Positions 1 to 10,738 are shown, counted from the first letter of the stretch. The stretch: DNA of 40,646 nt from Candidatus Eiseniibacteriota bacterium (GCA_031364845.1 JANLWX010000209.1:1-40646); one strand, 5' to 3'. Numbers and translations are program-made. Notes: generated by a model from the letters alone, not told the origin.

Positions 1-834
1 CCGCCGAAGACCACCGGCCCGCAGACGGTCACGGTGACCGTGAACGGCGACGGAACGCTGGAGTCGGATGAGACGCTGACGGTGACGCTATCGAACGCGT
101 CGGGGGCGACGATCGGCAAGGGCACCGGCACGCTGACGATCCAGAACGACGACGGCACGCCGACGGTCGACATCGAGATGGCGGAGTTGTCGCTCGAAGG
201 CAATGCGGGGCCGTCGGTGGTGAGCCTCGATGTGACGCTGTCCCACGCGAGCGACCAGCCCGTGACGGTGGACTGGCAGACGAACGACGGTTCGGCACTG
301 CTCGCGAACAACGACTACCTGCAGGGTTCGGGCACGGTGACATTCCCCGCCAAGACCACCGGGCCGCAGACGGTGACGGTCACGATCAACGGTGATGCGA
401 CGCTCGAGTCGGACGAGACGTTCACGGTGACGCTGTCGAATCCCGTGGGTGCCACGATCGGCAACGGCACGGGCACGGTGACGATTCAGAATGACGACGG
501 AGCGCCGTCGATCTCGATCTCTGATGTCGCTCTGGCCGAGGGCAAGGCGGGTTTCCAGAACTTCAACTTCACGGTCAGTCTCTCGAATGCATCGGACACG
601 CCGATCACCGTGGACTATCAGACGGCCGATGGTTCCGCGACGGCGCCGAGCGACTATGCGGCACTTGCGCTGACCACGCTGACGATTCCTGCCAAGACCA
701 CGCAGGCAACCATCACGGTGCAGGTGCAGGGCGATGTCGACGTGGAGGGCGACGAGAATTTCTTCGTCAACCTGTCGTCGCCGACCGGCGCCACGCTCGC
801 GGACAACCAGGGTGAGGGCACGATCATCGAAGAC
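1..834 (+). repeat. Intragenic Calx-beta tandem repeats (~345-nt period)
   Basis: DNA at ~1-75 recurs with synonymous changes at ~346-420; one partial plus two full units. Confidence 0.8.
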
Positions 835-1410
835 GAGGTGACGGCCGTCCTGCTGTCGATGTTCGACGTTCAGTCGGTCGACGCGGGAGTGTCCGTGCGG
901 TGGCAGTTCACTGACGCGTCTGATGTGACGGCGACCTGGCTCGAGCGGGCTTCGTCGATCACGGGGCCGTGGGCGCGCATCGAAGCGGTGGTGACGATCG
1001 TGAACGGCGTGACGAGTGCCATCGATCGCAGCGCCGAGCCGGGGCGGACGTACGGATACCGCCTGATCGCGCAGGTTGCGGGCGGCAGGACGGTCAAGTT
1101 CCCGCCGGCGGAAGTCACCGCGGGTGCCGCGGTCACCGAGTACATGATCGCGAACGTCGTGCCGAATCCTACGTCGGGTCAGGCAAGCGTCGACTACACG
1201 GTTCCGCGCGCGGGCAAGGTGCGACTGGGGATCGTGGATCTGCAGGGCCGCTCGGTCGCCGTGCTGGCCGACGGCATTAGCCAGCCGGGTCGCCATCGGG
1301 CGATGTGGAACGGCAAGGGCCCGCGCGGACCGGTGGCGATGGGGGTCTACTTCGTGCGCTACGAGGCGGGCGGCCGGGTGATGGTGAAGCGCCTCATGAT
1401 GACGCGCTGA
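1..1410 (+). CDS. Calx-beta repeat secreted/surface protein with C-terminal FlgD-Ig/T9SS-type sorting-like domain (5' truncated by window)
   Basis: Frame is open from base 1 (PPKTTGPQTVTV...). Repeats of ~115 aa carry Calx-beta hallmarks (GDxxxExDETFTVTLSN, TIQNDD, VTVDWQTxDGSA...DY). C-terminus PNP...IVDLQGRxV...WNGK...GVYFVR...KRLMMTR. Confidence 0.85.
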   Translation, partial: PPKTTGPQTVTVTVNGDGTLESDETLTVTLSNASGATIGKGTGTLTIQNDDGTPTVDIEMAELSLEGNAGPSVVSLDVTLSHASDQPVTVDWQTNDGSALLANNDYLQGSGTVTFPAKTTGPQTVTVTINGDATLESDETFTVTLSNPVGATIGNGTGTVTIQNDDGAPSISISDVALAEGKAGFQNFNFTVSLSNASDTPITVDYQTADGSATAPSDYAALALTTLTIPAKTTQATITVQVQGDVDVEGDENFFVNLSSPTGATLADNQGEGTIIEDEVTAVLLSMFDVQSVDAGVSVRWQFTDASDVTATWLERASSITGPWARIEAVVTIVNGVTSAIDRSAEPGRTYGYRLIAQVAGGRTVKFPPAEVTAGAAVTEYMIANVVPNPTSGQASVDYTVPRAGKVRLGIVDLQGRSVAVLADGISQPGRHRAMWNGKGPRGPVAMGVYFVRYEAGGRVMVKRLMMTR

Positions 1411-1468
1411 CCGCGGGCAGGTTGGGAGCTCTGGCGGTCACGATTGCCGGAGCGACTCGTTCGAAACA

Positions 1469-1506
1469 AGAGCGGCCACCTCGATTCCGGGGGTGGCCGC
1501 TCTCTT
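1469..1506. terminator. Probable bidirectional intrinsic terminator between convergent genes
   Basis: Perfect 12-bp stem AGAGCGGCCACC (1469-1480) / GGTGGCCGCTCT (1492-1503), A-rich on the left and T-containing on the right. Confidence 0.7.
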
Positions 1507-1544
1507 CCGGGTGAGCCGTGCCCTGGGGCACGCCCGCTGCCCCC

Positions 1545-4500
1545 TCACGGCGTCAGCGACACGCGCTTCGTCGTTCTCCTGCCGACCACGTCATATACCA
1601 CGAAATAGATCCCAGCGGGCGCCTTCGAGCCTGACTCCGTCAAACCATTCCACTGTGCGCGGTGCCGGCCTGCTCGAAGTGAGCCGTCGGCCAGTGTGCT
1701 CACGCGGCGTCCTTGAACGTCGGTGATGATGAGCCGGACTCCGCCTTCTCGAGCCACCGAGAATGCCACCGCGAGTTTGCCGCGCGTCGGGTTCGGGTGA
1801 ACCTCCGTCAGCAAGGACTCGGTGATGAGCTCGGTGGTGCGTACCTCGACCGGACCGAAAAATGCGTCCGGCGCATCGGGTTCCCGTACGCGAAGGCGAT
1901 ACCAGTGGACCGTCTCCGGACCCGAGATGCGGTCGATGACGGTGGTCAACTGCCCCTCGATCCGACGTTCCCCGGCGACCACGGTCCACGGGCCGCTGAG
2001 CGCCGGCCCGCGCTCCAGGACGAACTCGGCGCCTTGCGCCGAGCTGTCGAATTCCCATCGCACCTGGATGCCTTCAGCAAGGGGGCGGGCGTCGAACCGT
2101 AGAGGGCTCGACACGGCCGCCGTATTGATGGCGAATGTTGCTTGCAGAGTGTGATCGGCCCGGATGTTTTCGAATGTGTAGGTGCTGACGGCGCCGATCA
2201 TCACGCCATCCACCCGGACGCCGGTGCTGTGATATCCGGGATTCGGAACGATCGAGAACGTGATGTCGGAGTTGCACACCGCGCTCACGGTCTGGCCCTG
2301 GGGCTGGTACTCGTAGGCTCCGCGATCGCCATACGAAATGGGGCCGAGTCCCTGGTTGGCGATCGTGGGGTCGTCGACACGCGCAACTCCGGCGTAATCC
2401 GTCGCCGGCCACTCGGCCATGGAGGCGTCGGCATTGTCGATCGCGGGAGAGCCGGGCTGCAGATGGAAGTTCTCCAGAGCGGGATTTGCGAACAGAGGAT
2501 TCTGCTGGAGCGTCCGGCTGTCCTGGCTCGACACGGCGGAGTAGGCCGCGACGCTCGTATAGTTGGTCGATCCCCAGCGCACCACGGACCCCGCCGTGGA
2601 CTTCCACAGCACGTTCGAGTTGGAGCTGAACCCGGACATCGAGGTGGGATCCACGTGCAGGTCGTATGAACTCGTCGTGAGACCGTTTTCGACGGAGATG
2701 CAATCGTACACGCGGCCGTTCGATGACCCTCCCTCGAACGAGAAGCCGTCCTTGGTGTTCCCGAAGGCAACGTTGCCGATGTGCACGTTGCCGGTCGATC
2801 CGAGGTGGTCGTAGCCGTGGTCGCCGTTGTTCCATGACAGATTCTGAATCGAGAGGTTGTTGTTCGATCCGCTCGAGAAGTGATGTCCGGTGTCCTGATT
2901 GTGATGGATGTTGTTTCTCAGGACTTGATTGTTGGACGACCCTAAGAGGTGGATTCCGTTCGCGGCGCGCACCTGCGGTCGGGCATTGCGGAACGTCGCG
3001 TTGTCGGAAACCACGCAGAAGTTTGCACTGCTCAGCAGGATGCCATGATCGCCGTTGTCCGCGACGACGTTTCCGCGTACCGCGCAATTCGTCACCGTAT
3101 TCAGAGCGATGCCGTTGCTCCCGGCGAAGGTCGCCGTGTTGCCGACGATCTCGATGTTGCTCGAGCTCGACTGGGCGTAGATGGCCTTCTCGTTCGACCG
3201 GGTCACGTTGAACCCTTCGATGGTCACGTAGCTGCGTCCTTGCAGCCGAAATCCGTGGGTGCGGCGCGAAACCAGGAGCTGATGACTGCCCGGATTGCCA
3301 CCGTCTGCGTTCACATAGAGCCCGCTTCCCGAGACATAGCGGAAGCTGTTCGACGGCAGCGCCGTCGTCGCTGCCGTCGAGACCGTGAGGCGCACGCCGT
3401 CGAGGAACACCTGAGCCGGAGTCCAGTTCACAGAAGCGGCAAGCCATACGTTGCCGGAGTGAAGCACCCACAGGGGAGGACTGGAGAAGTCATCGCTGCC
3501 CTCCACGATGACGCCCGGCCCCGTGGCCTTGATCACGAAGGGACTTCCCGCAGCGCCGGAAACCGGCACGTTGACCTGTTCGCGATAGGTTGCGGGCATC
3601 ACGAGGATGGTCGTGCCGGGTCCACCCTGACTCACCGCGGCAGAGATCGAGCAAAAGGGCTGGAGGCTCGTGCCCGGCCCGGTGTTCGAGCAGACCGGAT
3701 TCGAACCGTCGACGTACAACGTCGGGCCCGCGATCTCCAGATCGGGGGCCGGCTGCTGCGGGACACTCGAGGTGATCGATCCGCCGGTACCCGCATAGGT
3801 CTCGACGGTGTAGACGTCGGGCGCAAAGATGGCGGTAATCGTGTGGTGCGCGGATACGTTCTCGAAGGTGTAGCTCGCCAGAGGGCCGACGGAAACCTGG
3901 TCGACCTCGACGTCGACGATGTGGTGACACGTCCCCGGGGTGATGGTGAACGTGCGATCGGAATCGAAAGCAACGCCCACGTCACCGCTTGGATCAATGG
4001 ATCCGCCCGACTCCGCGGTCGCGGTTATCGTGAACGCAGCGAGCGCGAAGCTGGCGGAGATCGTGTGAGGGGCGGTGACGTTCACGAACGTGTAGCTGGT
4101 CATCGCGCCCACCGACACACCGTCCACCACCACGTCGGCGACGCGGTAGTCCGGGTTGGCCGTGATGGTGAACAGTTGATCGGTGCCCTGACCGACCGTG
4201 ACTGCGCCGGCAGGTGCGATCGAACCATTGGCCCCCGCACTGGCGGTGATGACGTACGTGTTGATCGCGAACGTGGCGCTGATCGTGTGGTCGGTCGTGA
4301 CGTTGGTGAAGGTATAGCTCGACACGGCGCCCACGGACACGCCATCGGCCTTGACATCGGCGATGTGGTAGTTCGCGTCCGGTGTGATGGCAAACGTCTG
4401 AAAACCGCCGTAGGCGACCGCGACCGCACCGTTGGGAGTGATCGAGCCGTTGGGTCCGGCACTGGCCGTTATGGTGCGGGTGTTGATCGCGAACGTGGCG

Positions 4501-5015
4501 CTGATCGTGTGGTCGGCGGTGACGTTCGTGAAGGCGTAGCTCGTCACGGCGCCGACCGAAATGCCGTCCACCAGCACGTCAGCAACGTGATAGTTCGCGT
4601 CCGATGTGATGGTGAAGGTCTGAGCCGCGCCCGAGGCGACCGGGACCGTGCCGCTCGGCGCGATCGAGCCGTGCGCCCCGGCGCTCGCGGTGATCGTGTA
4701 GGTGTCGATCGCGAACGTGGCGCTGATCGTGTGGTCGGCCGTCACGTTCGTGAACGTGTGGCTCGTCACCGCACCCACGGACAGGCCGTCGACCAGCACG
4801 TCGGCGACGTGGTAGTTCACCTCCGGAGTGATGGTGAAGCTCTGATCGGCGCCGTCTTCGACCGTGACCGCGCCATCTGGAGCAATCGAGCCATTGGCCC
4901 CGGCGCTCGCGGTGATCGTGTGCGCAAAGACCTGTGCCACGGCTCCGATAGAACCGAAGCCAGTCAGCAACAAGGTCGTGAATCCGAGGGCGAAGAGCCT
5001 CTGTGGGAGCGTCAG
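1545..5015 (-). CDS. Large secreted protein: InlB-B/Flg_new-type repeats + right-handed parallel beta-helix + C-terminal FlgD-Ig/T9SS-like domain
   Basis: Five 74-aa repeats (TITASAGxNGSIxPxG...NYHVADVxVDG.SVGAVTSYTFTNVTADHTISATFA), an Asn/Gly-rich beta-helix (N.GDHG repeats; FHLQPGSPAIDNA...DRGAYEY) and a PNP...DVQGRRV...GIYFV C-terminus. Start is placed at the signal-peptide-like LTLPQRLFALGFTTLLLTG after GGAGG and is uncertain (the ORF is open to 5297). Confidence 0.8.
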   Translation of the reverse strand: MTLPQRLFALGFTTLLLTGFGSIGAVAQVFAHTITASAGANGSIAPDGAVTVEDGADQSFTITPEVNYHVADVLVDGLSVGAVTSHTFTNVTADHTISATFAIDTYTITASAGAHGSIAPSGTVPVASGAAQTFTITSDANYHVADVLVDGISVGAVTSYAFTNVTADHTISATFAINTRTITASAGPNGSITPNGAVAVAYGGFQTFAITPDANYHIADVKADGVSVGAVSSYTFTNVTTDHTISATFAINTYVITASAGANGSIAPAGAVTVGQGTDQLFTITANPDYRVADVVVDGVSVGAMTSYTFVNVTAPHTISASFALAAFTITATAESGGSIDPSGDVGVAFDSDRTFTITPGTCHHIVDVEVDQVSVGPLASYTFENVSAHHTITAIFAPDVYTVETYAGTGGSITSSVPQQPAPDLEIAGPTLYVDGSNPVCSNTGPGTSLQPFCSISAAVSQGGPGTTILVMPATYREQVNVPVSGAAGSPFVIKATGPGVIVEGSDDFSSPPLWVLHSGNVWLAASVNWTPAQVFLDGVRLTVSTAATTALPSNSFRYVSGSGLYVNADGGNPGSHQLLVSRRTHGFRLQGRSYVTIEGFNVTRSNEKAIYAQSSSSNIEIVGNTATFAGSNGIALNTVTNCAVRGNVVADNGDHGILLSSANFCVVSDNATFRNARPQVRAANGIHLLGSSNNQVLRNNIHHNQDTGHHFSSGSNNNLSIQNLSWNNGDHGYDHLGSTGNVHIGNVAFGNTKDGFSFEGGSSNGRVYDCISVENGLTTSSYDLHVDPTSMSGFSSNSNVLWKSTAGSVVRWGSTNYTSVAAYSAVSSQDSRTLQQNPLFANPALENFHLQPGSPAIDNADASMAEWPATDYAGVARVDDPTIANQGLGPISYGDRGAYEYQPQGQTVSAVCNSDITFSIVPNPGYHSTGVRVDGVMIGAVSTYTFENIRADHTLQATFAINTAAVSSPLRFDARPLAEGIQVRWEFDSSAQGAEFVLERGPALSGPWTVVAGERRIEGQLTTVIDRISGPETVHWYRLRVREPDAPDAFFGPVEVRTTELITESLLTEVHPNPTRGKLAVAFSVAREGGVRLIITDVQGRRVSTLADGSLRAGRHRAQWNGLTESGSKAPAGIYFVVYDVVGRRTTKRVSLTP
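3813..4923 (-). repeat. Five tandem InlB-B-like repeats, 222-nt period
   Basis: ccggcgctcgcggtgatcgtg recurs 222 nt apart; gatcgcgaacgtggcgctgatcgtgtggtc recurs at ~4263, ~4485 and ~4707. Confidence 0.85.
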
Positions 5016-5414
5016 GGAACCTCCTCGAGCCGAGTCCACGTCTCCACAGCCCGCGCGAATCGAGGCGCAGGCTCCCGAAACCGGGAGGCGGCATCGGGGT
5101 GCGGTCTCGTCGAGCCGAACTCGGTTGTCATTGCAGGATGCCAAAGCGGAGAGCTCAAGACCCGAACCAGGTCCGGCGCGCGGCGGGATACGAGGCGCGC
5201 GCGTAGAGCCTGACAAAACTATGCACGCTTTCGCTGAAGAAACCAATGGAATAGATGGGTCTGGTCCAGAGGATGGGGGGCACGGGGCGCGCCCCATGCC
5301 CGAACGCCTTACGGTACCGCGATTAATCCCAACGGTGTGGTTTCACCCAAGTTTGGTTCGAAGGAGGCCGCCCCGGTGGTCCGGCGTCTCAGCGGCACGC
5401 GGCCCCCGGACGCC

Positions 5415-5445
5415 AAACACGAAAGCCACGCGTGTCCGCGTGGCT
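5415..5445 (-). terminator. Intrinsic terminator of the TlpA gene
   Basis: Minus strand reads AGCCACGCG-gaca-CGCGTGGCT then TTCGTGTTT, ~30 nt after the stop codon. Confidence 0.7.
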
Positions 5446-5476
5446 CGTGGGCTGGGGCCCGGCTCCAGATGGCGTC

Positions 5477-5986
5477 CTACTTCTCGAACAACTCCAGCGC
5501 GTAGCTCTCCATCGTTTCGGCGTCGAGGTATCCGACGACTCTCCGCACGATCTGGCCGCGGCGATCGATGAAGAACGTGGTCGGGATCGAGCGGATCGGG
5601 CCGTACTGATCGAGCACGCGTTCGTCCGCCATCGCGAGGCGGAACTTCACGCCGAGGTGCTCCGCGAAGCGCTTCACCCGGATCGGGCCGCCGTCGTCCA
5701 CCGACAGGCCCATCACGGCGAGTCCGCGTGCACCGTATTTTTCGTGCAGCGCGTTCAGGTGGGGCATCGAAGCGCGGCACGGCTGGCACCAGGTGGCCCA
5801 GAAGTCGAGTACCACCGGCCGGCCTTTGAAATCGGCGAGGCGGAGGGTCTTGCCGTCGAGATCCCGCAATGAAAATGCGGGCGCGGTGAGCGCGCCCGGC
5901 TCGGCCATGGCCGCGGGAGCGGACATCACGAGCAGGAGGAATGCGGGAATTGCGCTCCGCGAGGCACGTCGAATCGAAGTCAGCAT
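5477..5986 (-). CDS. TlpA/ResA-family thiol:disulfide oxidoreductase
   Basis: APAFSLRDLDGK...VVLDFWATWCQPC...IPTTFFIDRRG; N-terminal signal-like segment; start at ATG 5986. Confidence 0.9.
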   Translation of the reverse strand: MLTSIRRASRSAIPAFLLLVMSAPAAMAEPGALTAPAFSLRDLDGKTLRLADFKGRPVVLDFWATWCQPCRASMPHLNALHEKYGARGLAVMGLSVDDGGPIRVKRFAEHLGVKFRLAMADERVLDQYGPIRSIPTTFFIDRRGQIVRRVVGYLDAETMESYALELFEK

Positions 5987-6233
5987 GTCGGAGCCCGGTC
6001 GTTGAAATGCGGAATGAAAGCCAAGGGGATGGGTATCACAGTAGCGGTTTGGATCACGGCTCGCGATACGAAGGGCCTTGTTTTTGCACGACCTTGACTC
6101 CACTTCGGAGAGATCACCTCAGTATGACGTGCGGCATCCTGGCACCCGGTCATCACCCATTACACGGGTCATTATCGGCCGATCGGCGAGCGATCTTTGG
6201 GCTCGCATCGAAGCCTGGAATGCCTCCGTCCCC

Positions 6234-6263
6234 TTGAGCGACGTTCTTGCACCGTGCTAGCGT
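6234..6263 (+). promoter_or_regulatory. Putative sigma70-type promoter of the tol-pal operon
   Basis: TTGAGC (6234-6239)-N18-TAGCGT (6258-6263), with TGn extension. Confidence 0.5.
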
Positions 6264-6338
6264 CCGGCAAGGTTTTTCGCGCGCCGATCGCGCTCCCTGT
6301 GGCCGGGAGCGCGACTCCGGCGCGACTTCACAAGGAGC

Positions 6339-7045
6339 GTGAAGCGGATGGCAATCGGATGGGTGGTGCTGCAAACGGTGGGTGGGATCAGAGCGTCCGT
6401 GCCCGCCCTGGTGGCGAGCTCGGGGCCGTTCGGCAAGACGATCCTTCTGATCCTGCTCGCGATGTCGGTCTACTGCTGGGCGGTGATCTGGAGCCGCTGG
6501 CGCCTCTACGCGCAGGTCGAGCAGGCGGATCGCCGCTTCCTCGCCTCGTTCCGCCAACTCGCGCCTGCCGCCGACTTCCGGCTGGTGTGCGAGCAGCATC
6601 CGGCGAGCATGCTCGCGAGAGTGGCGCTCGCGGGACAGCGCTCGCTCGATCAGCTCGTGAACGTGACCGACGCGACGACCACCGAACGTCACGATGTCGC
6701 GCGGCGCGCGATGGATCGCGCGGCGAACGATGAAGCGGCGGTGCTCGAGCGCAACGTGGGCTTCCTCGGAACCACGGGCAGCGTGGCGCCGTTCGTCGGC
6801 CTCACGGGAACGGTGTGGGGCATCATGAGCGCGTTCCTGAATATCGGCGCACAGGGTTCCGCTTCGTTGATGGTGGTTGCTCCCGGCATCGCCGAGGCGC
6901 TGATCACAACCATCGCGGGCCTCGCCGCCGCGATTCCGGCGGTGGTCGCCTACAACCATTTCGTCGGCCGCGTGCGCGAGTTCATGAACCAGACCAATCA
7001 GTTCGCGAGCGAGTTCCTCGACCGCCGCGCGGCGTCGCGTCGCGC

Positions 7046-7049
<4 letters not shown>
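6339..7049 (+). CDS. tolQ: TolQ (MotA/TolQ/ExbB proton channel)
   Basis: FLGTTGSVAPFVGLTGTVWGIMSAF and VAPGIAEALITTIAGLAAAIPA motifs; AAGGAG SD before GTG; first gene of a tol-pal cluster. Confidence 0.9.
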
Positions 7050-7452
<403 letters not shown>

Positions 7453-7456
<4 letters not shown>

Positions 7457-8100
7457 TGCGGGGTCCGGTGCTGGGCTCGACGCTGATCCACGTCGGCATC
7501 GTCGCAGGTCTGTTGATCGTGCGTTCAACGTCGCCCGTGATCATTCCGGGTCCGGACATCGTCCAGGTTTCGCTGGTCGATCCGCAGATGAAGTCGATCG
7601 CGATGCCGACTCCGCCGCCGCCCAGGCCCGAGCGCATCCCGGATGTCGCCCCGACCGATGAGGAAGGCGTGCGGCTCGAGAAGCCGAAGCCCGCGCCCAA
7701 GAAGGAAGAGCCGCCGCCCGAGGAACCGCGCAAGCCCGAGCGCGAGAACCCCGCCGCACTTCCGTACGCGTCGGTCGGCCCGCAGGGATTGAAGGGCGAG
7801 ATCGATGTCGATGCGGCCGACTTCGAGTTCACGTACTACTTGATGCTGGTGCGCAACCGCATTGCGCAGAACTGGACTCCGCCCGGCAACGGACTGGGCG
7901 TGCGTTCGGTCGTGTACTTCAAGATCGGCCGCAATGGCGCGATCGCCGCCCCGCGCCTCGAGCAGCCGAGCGGGGTCGAGTTCTTCGACCGCGCGGCACT
8001 GCGCGCGGTGGTCGTGAGTGATCCGCTTCCGCCGCTCCCCCTGGGATGGTCGGGCTCCGAACTCGGAGTCCACTTCGGATTCGAGTACACAGGACCATGA
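7453..8100 (+). CDS. tolA: TolA/TonB-family energy transducer
   Basis: N-terminal TM helix with S-x3-H, Pro/Glu/Lys-rich linker, TonB_C-like end (RIAQNW.PP...SG..FFDRAALRAV...PLPPLP); position between tolR and tolB. Confidence 0.75.
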
Positions 8101-9377
8101 AACGACTTCTTGCGGCATTGCTGATGGCGGTGACGTTGGCGGTTGCGCTCGCGCGCGCGCAGACCGGCGACGTCGCGATCGATCTTTCGACCGGGCGCGG
8201 AAAGCGCATTCCGATTCTGTGCGAGCAGTTCCAGGCGGGTGGCGATCGCACGGCGCGCGAGTCGAGTGTGATCGCCGACACCGTGATCGCGAACGACCTG
8301 CAGCACTCGGCGGTATTCGAGGTCACGCGCGCGTGGACGACGGCCGCCGCCGGCGAGATGCAGGCGGTGGTCGGCGGGAAGTGGATCGTGAACGGAAACA
8401 CGGTGCGTCTGCAGGGCGAGGTGCGAGATCTTCCGGCGCGCCGAGCGATCTACTCCAAGGAGTACAAGGGCACGCTGCGGCAGCGCCGCCAGCTCGTGCA
8501 CCAGTTCGCCGACGACATCGTGCAGCAGTTCACGGGCGAGCCGGGAGTTTCGCAGACGCGCATCGCGTTCTCGGTACCCGACGGCCGCAACAAGGAACTC
8601 TATGTGATGGATTGGGACGGCGAGGGCCTGCTGCAGTTGACGCGCGACCGCTCGATCGCGATGTCGCCGTCGTGGTCGCCCGAGGGTTCGTTGATCCTGT
8701 TCACGTCGTACCGCGCGGGGACCGGGCCTCAGGTGTACGTGATTCCGTCCGCGGGCGGGAAGCCGTTCCTCGTCTCCGGTCGCCCCGGCAACAACACGAG
8801 CGCTTCCTATGCTCCGGACGGGCGCGAGATCGCGCTCACGCTGAGCGTCGACGGCAATCCCGAGATCTATCTCACCGAGGCGCGCGGCGGACCGCCGCGG
8901 CGCCTCACCACCAATCGCGCGATCGACACCTCGCCGGTGTGGTCTCCGACCGGGCGCGAAATTGCGTTCACGTCCGACCGCAGCGGGGGCTTTCAGGTGT
9001 ACCTGATGGACCGTGAAGGTGGTAACGTACGGCGGCTCACATATGAAGTAGGCAGCACCGATTCGCCGGCCTGGTCTCCGAAGGGAGACCGGCTCGCGTT
9101 CGTCGCGCGGACCGCTTCCGGGTTCGACGTCTATGTCTGCAAGGCCGACGGCAGCAACGCGCGACGCGTCGTGAGCGGCGGAAGCAACGAGAATCCACGC
9201 TGGTCTCCCGATGGACGACATCTCGTGTTCGCATCGGATCGGGGCGGCAGCCGCGGGCTGTGGGTGACGGACCTCGATGACCGTCCGCCTTATCGGCTCA
9301 ACACCGGCGGCCGCGCGGCATCGTCTCCGGCGTGGTCGCCGCGACCGGCCGGGCTCGGTACGCCAGCTTCGAATTGA
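8097..9377 (+). CDS. tolB: TolB beta-propeller protein
   Basis: Signal peptide, H.FAD.I...TGEPGV..TRIAF, multiple PD40 repeats ([15 protein letters not shown]); ATGA overlap with the previous gene. Confidence 0.92.
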   Translation: MKRLLAALLMAVTLAVALARAQTGDVAIDLSTGRGKRIPILCEQFQAGGDRTARESSVIADTVIANDLQHSAVFEVTRAWTTAAAGEMQAVVGGKWIVNGNTVRLQGEVRDLPARRAIYSKEYKGTLRQRRQLVHQFADDIVQQFTGEPGVSQTRIAFSVPDGRNKELYVMDWDGEGLLQLTRDRSIAMSPSWSPEGSLILFTSYRAGTGPQVYVIPSAGGKPFLVSGRPGNNTSASYAPDGREIALTLSVDGNPEIYLTEARGGPPRRLTTNRAIDTSPVWSPTGREIAFTSDRSGGFQVYLMDREGGNVRRLTYEVGSTDSPAWSPKGDRLAFVARTASGFDVYVCKADGSNARRVVSGGSNENPRWSPDGRHLVFASDRGGSRGLWVTDLDDRPPYRLNTGGRAASSPAWSPRPAGLGTPASN

Positions 9378-9412
9378 ATGCACGACACACTCTACCCTCA
9401 GGGAGGTTCAAC

Positions 9413-9943
9413 ATGATGAACCCGAAGACGCGCCGGATGCTCGTGATGGGCGTACTCGCGATCACCATGCTCGCGACAGGATGCGCGAAGAAGGCCGCTC
9501 AGACTCCACCGACGCCGCCGCAGCCGCCACCGACCCGCGACACGACGCCGACGCCGCCGTCGAGTGACACCACGACGCCGGTTCCGACGCCGGGCACCAA
9601 GATCCTCGGCTCGGGCGACTTCGGACCGGTCTACTTCGACTACGACTCGTACACGCTGCGCGAAGATTCGCGCGGAGTGCTCGATGGGAATGCGAAGCTG
9701 CTGCGCGACAACGCTTCGACCAACATCACGATCGAAGGCCACTGCGACGAGCGCGGAACCTCGGAGTACAACCAGGCACTCGGCGAGCGGCGCGCGCAGG
9801 CGGCGCGTGACTACCTCGTGAACGCGGGCATCTCCGCGGGACGACTCCAGATCGTCTCGTACGGCAAGGAGCGTCCGTTCAACGCGGGTCATGACGAAGC
9901 CGCGTGGGCGGAGAATCGCCGCGCGCACTTCGTGGTTCGATGA
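9413..9943 (+). CDS. pal: Peptidoglycan-associated lipoprotein Pal
   Basis: Lipobox [51 protein letters not shown]. Confidence 0.96.
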   Translation: MMNPKTRRMLVMGVLAITMLATGCAKKAAQTPPTPPQPPPTRDTTPTPPSSDTTTPVPTPGTKILGSGDFGPVYFDYDSYTLREDSRGVLDGNAKLLRDNASTNITIEGHCDERGTSEYNQALGERRAQAARDYLVNAGISAGRLQIVSYGKERPFNAGHDEAAWAENRRAHFVVR

Positions 9944-10722
9944 CGGCTCAACTTTCCGGGCGGCCGGGCGCGATGTGCGCGCCCGGTCGCGCGCGGAATC
10001 TTCCGCGCAAGCAGGCGACCGTGGCGGCGGTGGCGCTGGCCGGCATCGCGCTGGTCGCCGGCTGCGTGCCGTCGCCGATGCTCGCCACACGCGGCGGCCT
10101 CGATAGTCTTCGTACTGTGATCGACACGCTGGTGGTGCGGGACGCGATCGCGTACGACTTGATCCGTGAGACTCGCCGTGAAGTGGCGGAGCAGCGCGAC
10201 ATCCTGCTCAGCACCCGCGCGACCAGCGGCAGCACCACGCAGGAACTGTTCGAGCAGATGGGACGCCTCGAAGGGAAGCTCGACGAGGTGATGGGCCGCT
10301 TCCAGACGTTGCGCTCGGGCAGCCCTGCTCCGAATGCCGTGTCGGACCCGCGACAGCTCTACGATCAGGCGACGCAGGATCTGACGCAGGGGCGCTACGC
10401 GCTCGCGCTTCAGAATTTCAGGGACTTCGTCGCGCGCGATCCTTCGAGCGATCTCGCCGACAACGCTCAGTACGGAATCGGCGAGAGCTTCTTCGCTCAA
10501 AGCCGCTTCGACAGTGCCGCGGTCGAGTACGCGAGAGTCGAAGGTCTGGCGCCGCAGGGCGACAAGATCCCGGCAGCGCTCTACAAGCTCGCGCTCAGTC
10601 AGGACAAACTCAATCAGGCCGCCGACTCCAAAAAGACGCTGGAATCGCTCGTCAAGCGCTACCCGCTCTCCGGGGAAGCGCAGCTTGCGCGTGAGCGCCT
10701 GGGCACTTCCCGTCGTCGCTGA
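9940..10722 (+). CDS. cpoB: CpoB/YbgF tol-pal TPR protein
   Basis: Lipobox-like LVAGC, coiled coil, TPRs ([33 protein letters not shown]); ATGA overlap with pal. Confidence 0.88.
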   Translation: MTAQLSGRPGAMCAPGRARNLPRKQATVAAVALAGIALVAGCVPSPMLATRGGLDSLRTVIDTLVVRDAIAYDLIRETRREVAEQRDILLSTRATSGSTTQELFEQMGRLEGKLDEVMGRFQTLRSGSPAPNAVSDPRQLYDQATQDLTQGRYALALQNFRDFVARDPSSDLADNAQYGIGESFFAQSRFDSAAVEYARVEGLAPQGDKIPAALYKLALSQDKLNQAADSKKTLESLVKRYPLSGEAQLARERLGTSRRR

Positions 10723-10738
10723 ATCGCGCGCGCGCGCG

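Noticed and set aside
3813..4923. CRISPR array or DGR-like repeats
   Set aside because: The repeats are in-frame 222-nt protein-domain repeats with synonymous variation, no spacers, no adenine-specific pattern and no cas or RT gene nearby.
5016..5297. N-terminal 94 aa of the 1250-aa ORF call
   Set aside because: Low-complexity Arg/Pro/Cys-rich translation with no SD; the signal peptide and SD lie at ~5015.
6140..6154. Sigma54 promoter upstream of tolQ (TGGCAC)
   Set aside because: No GC at the -12 position (TGGCACCCGGTCATC).
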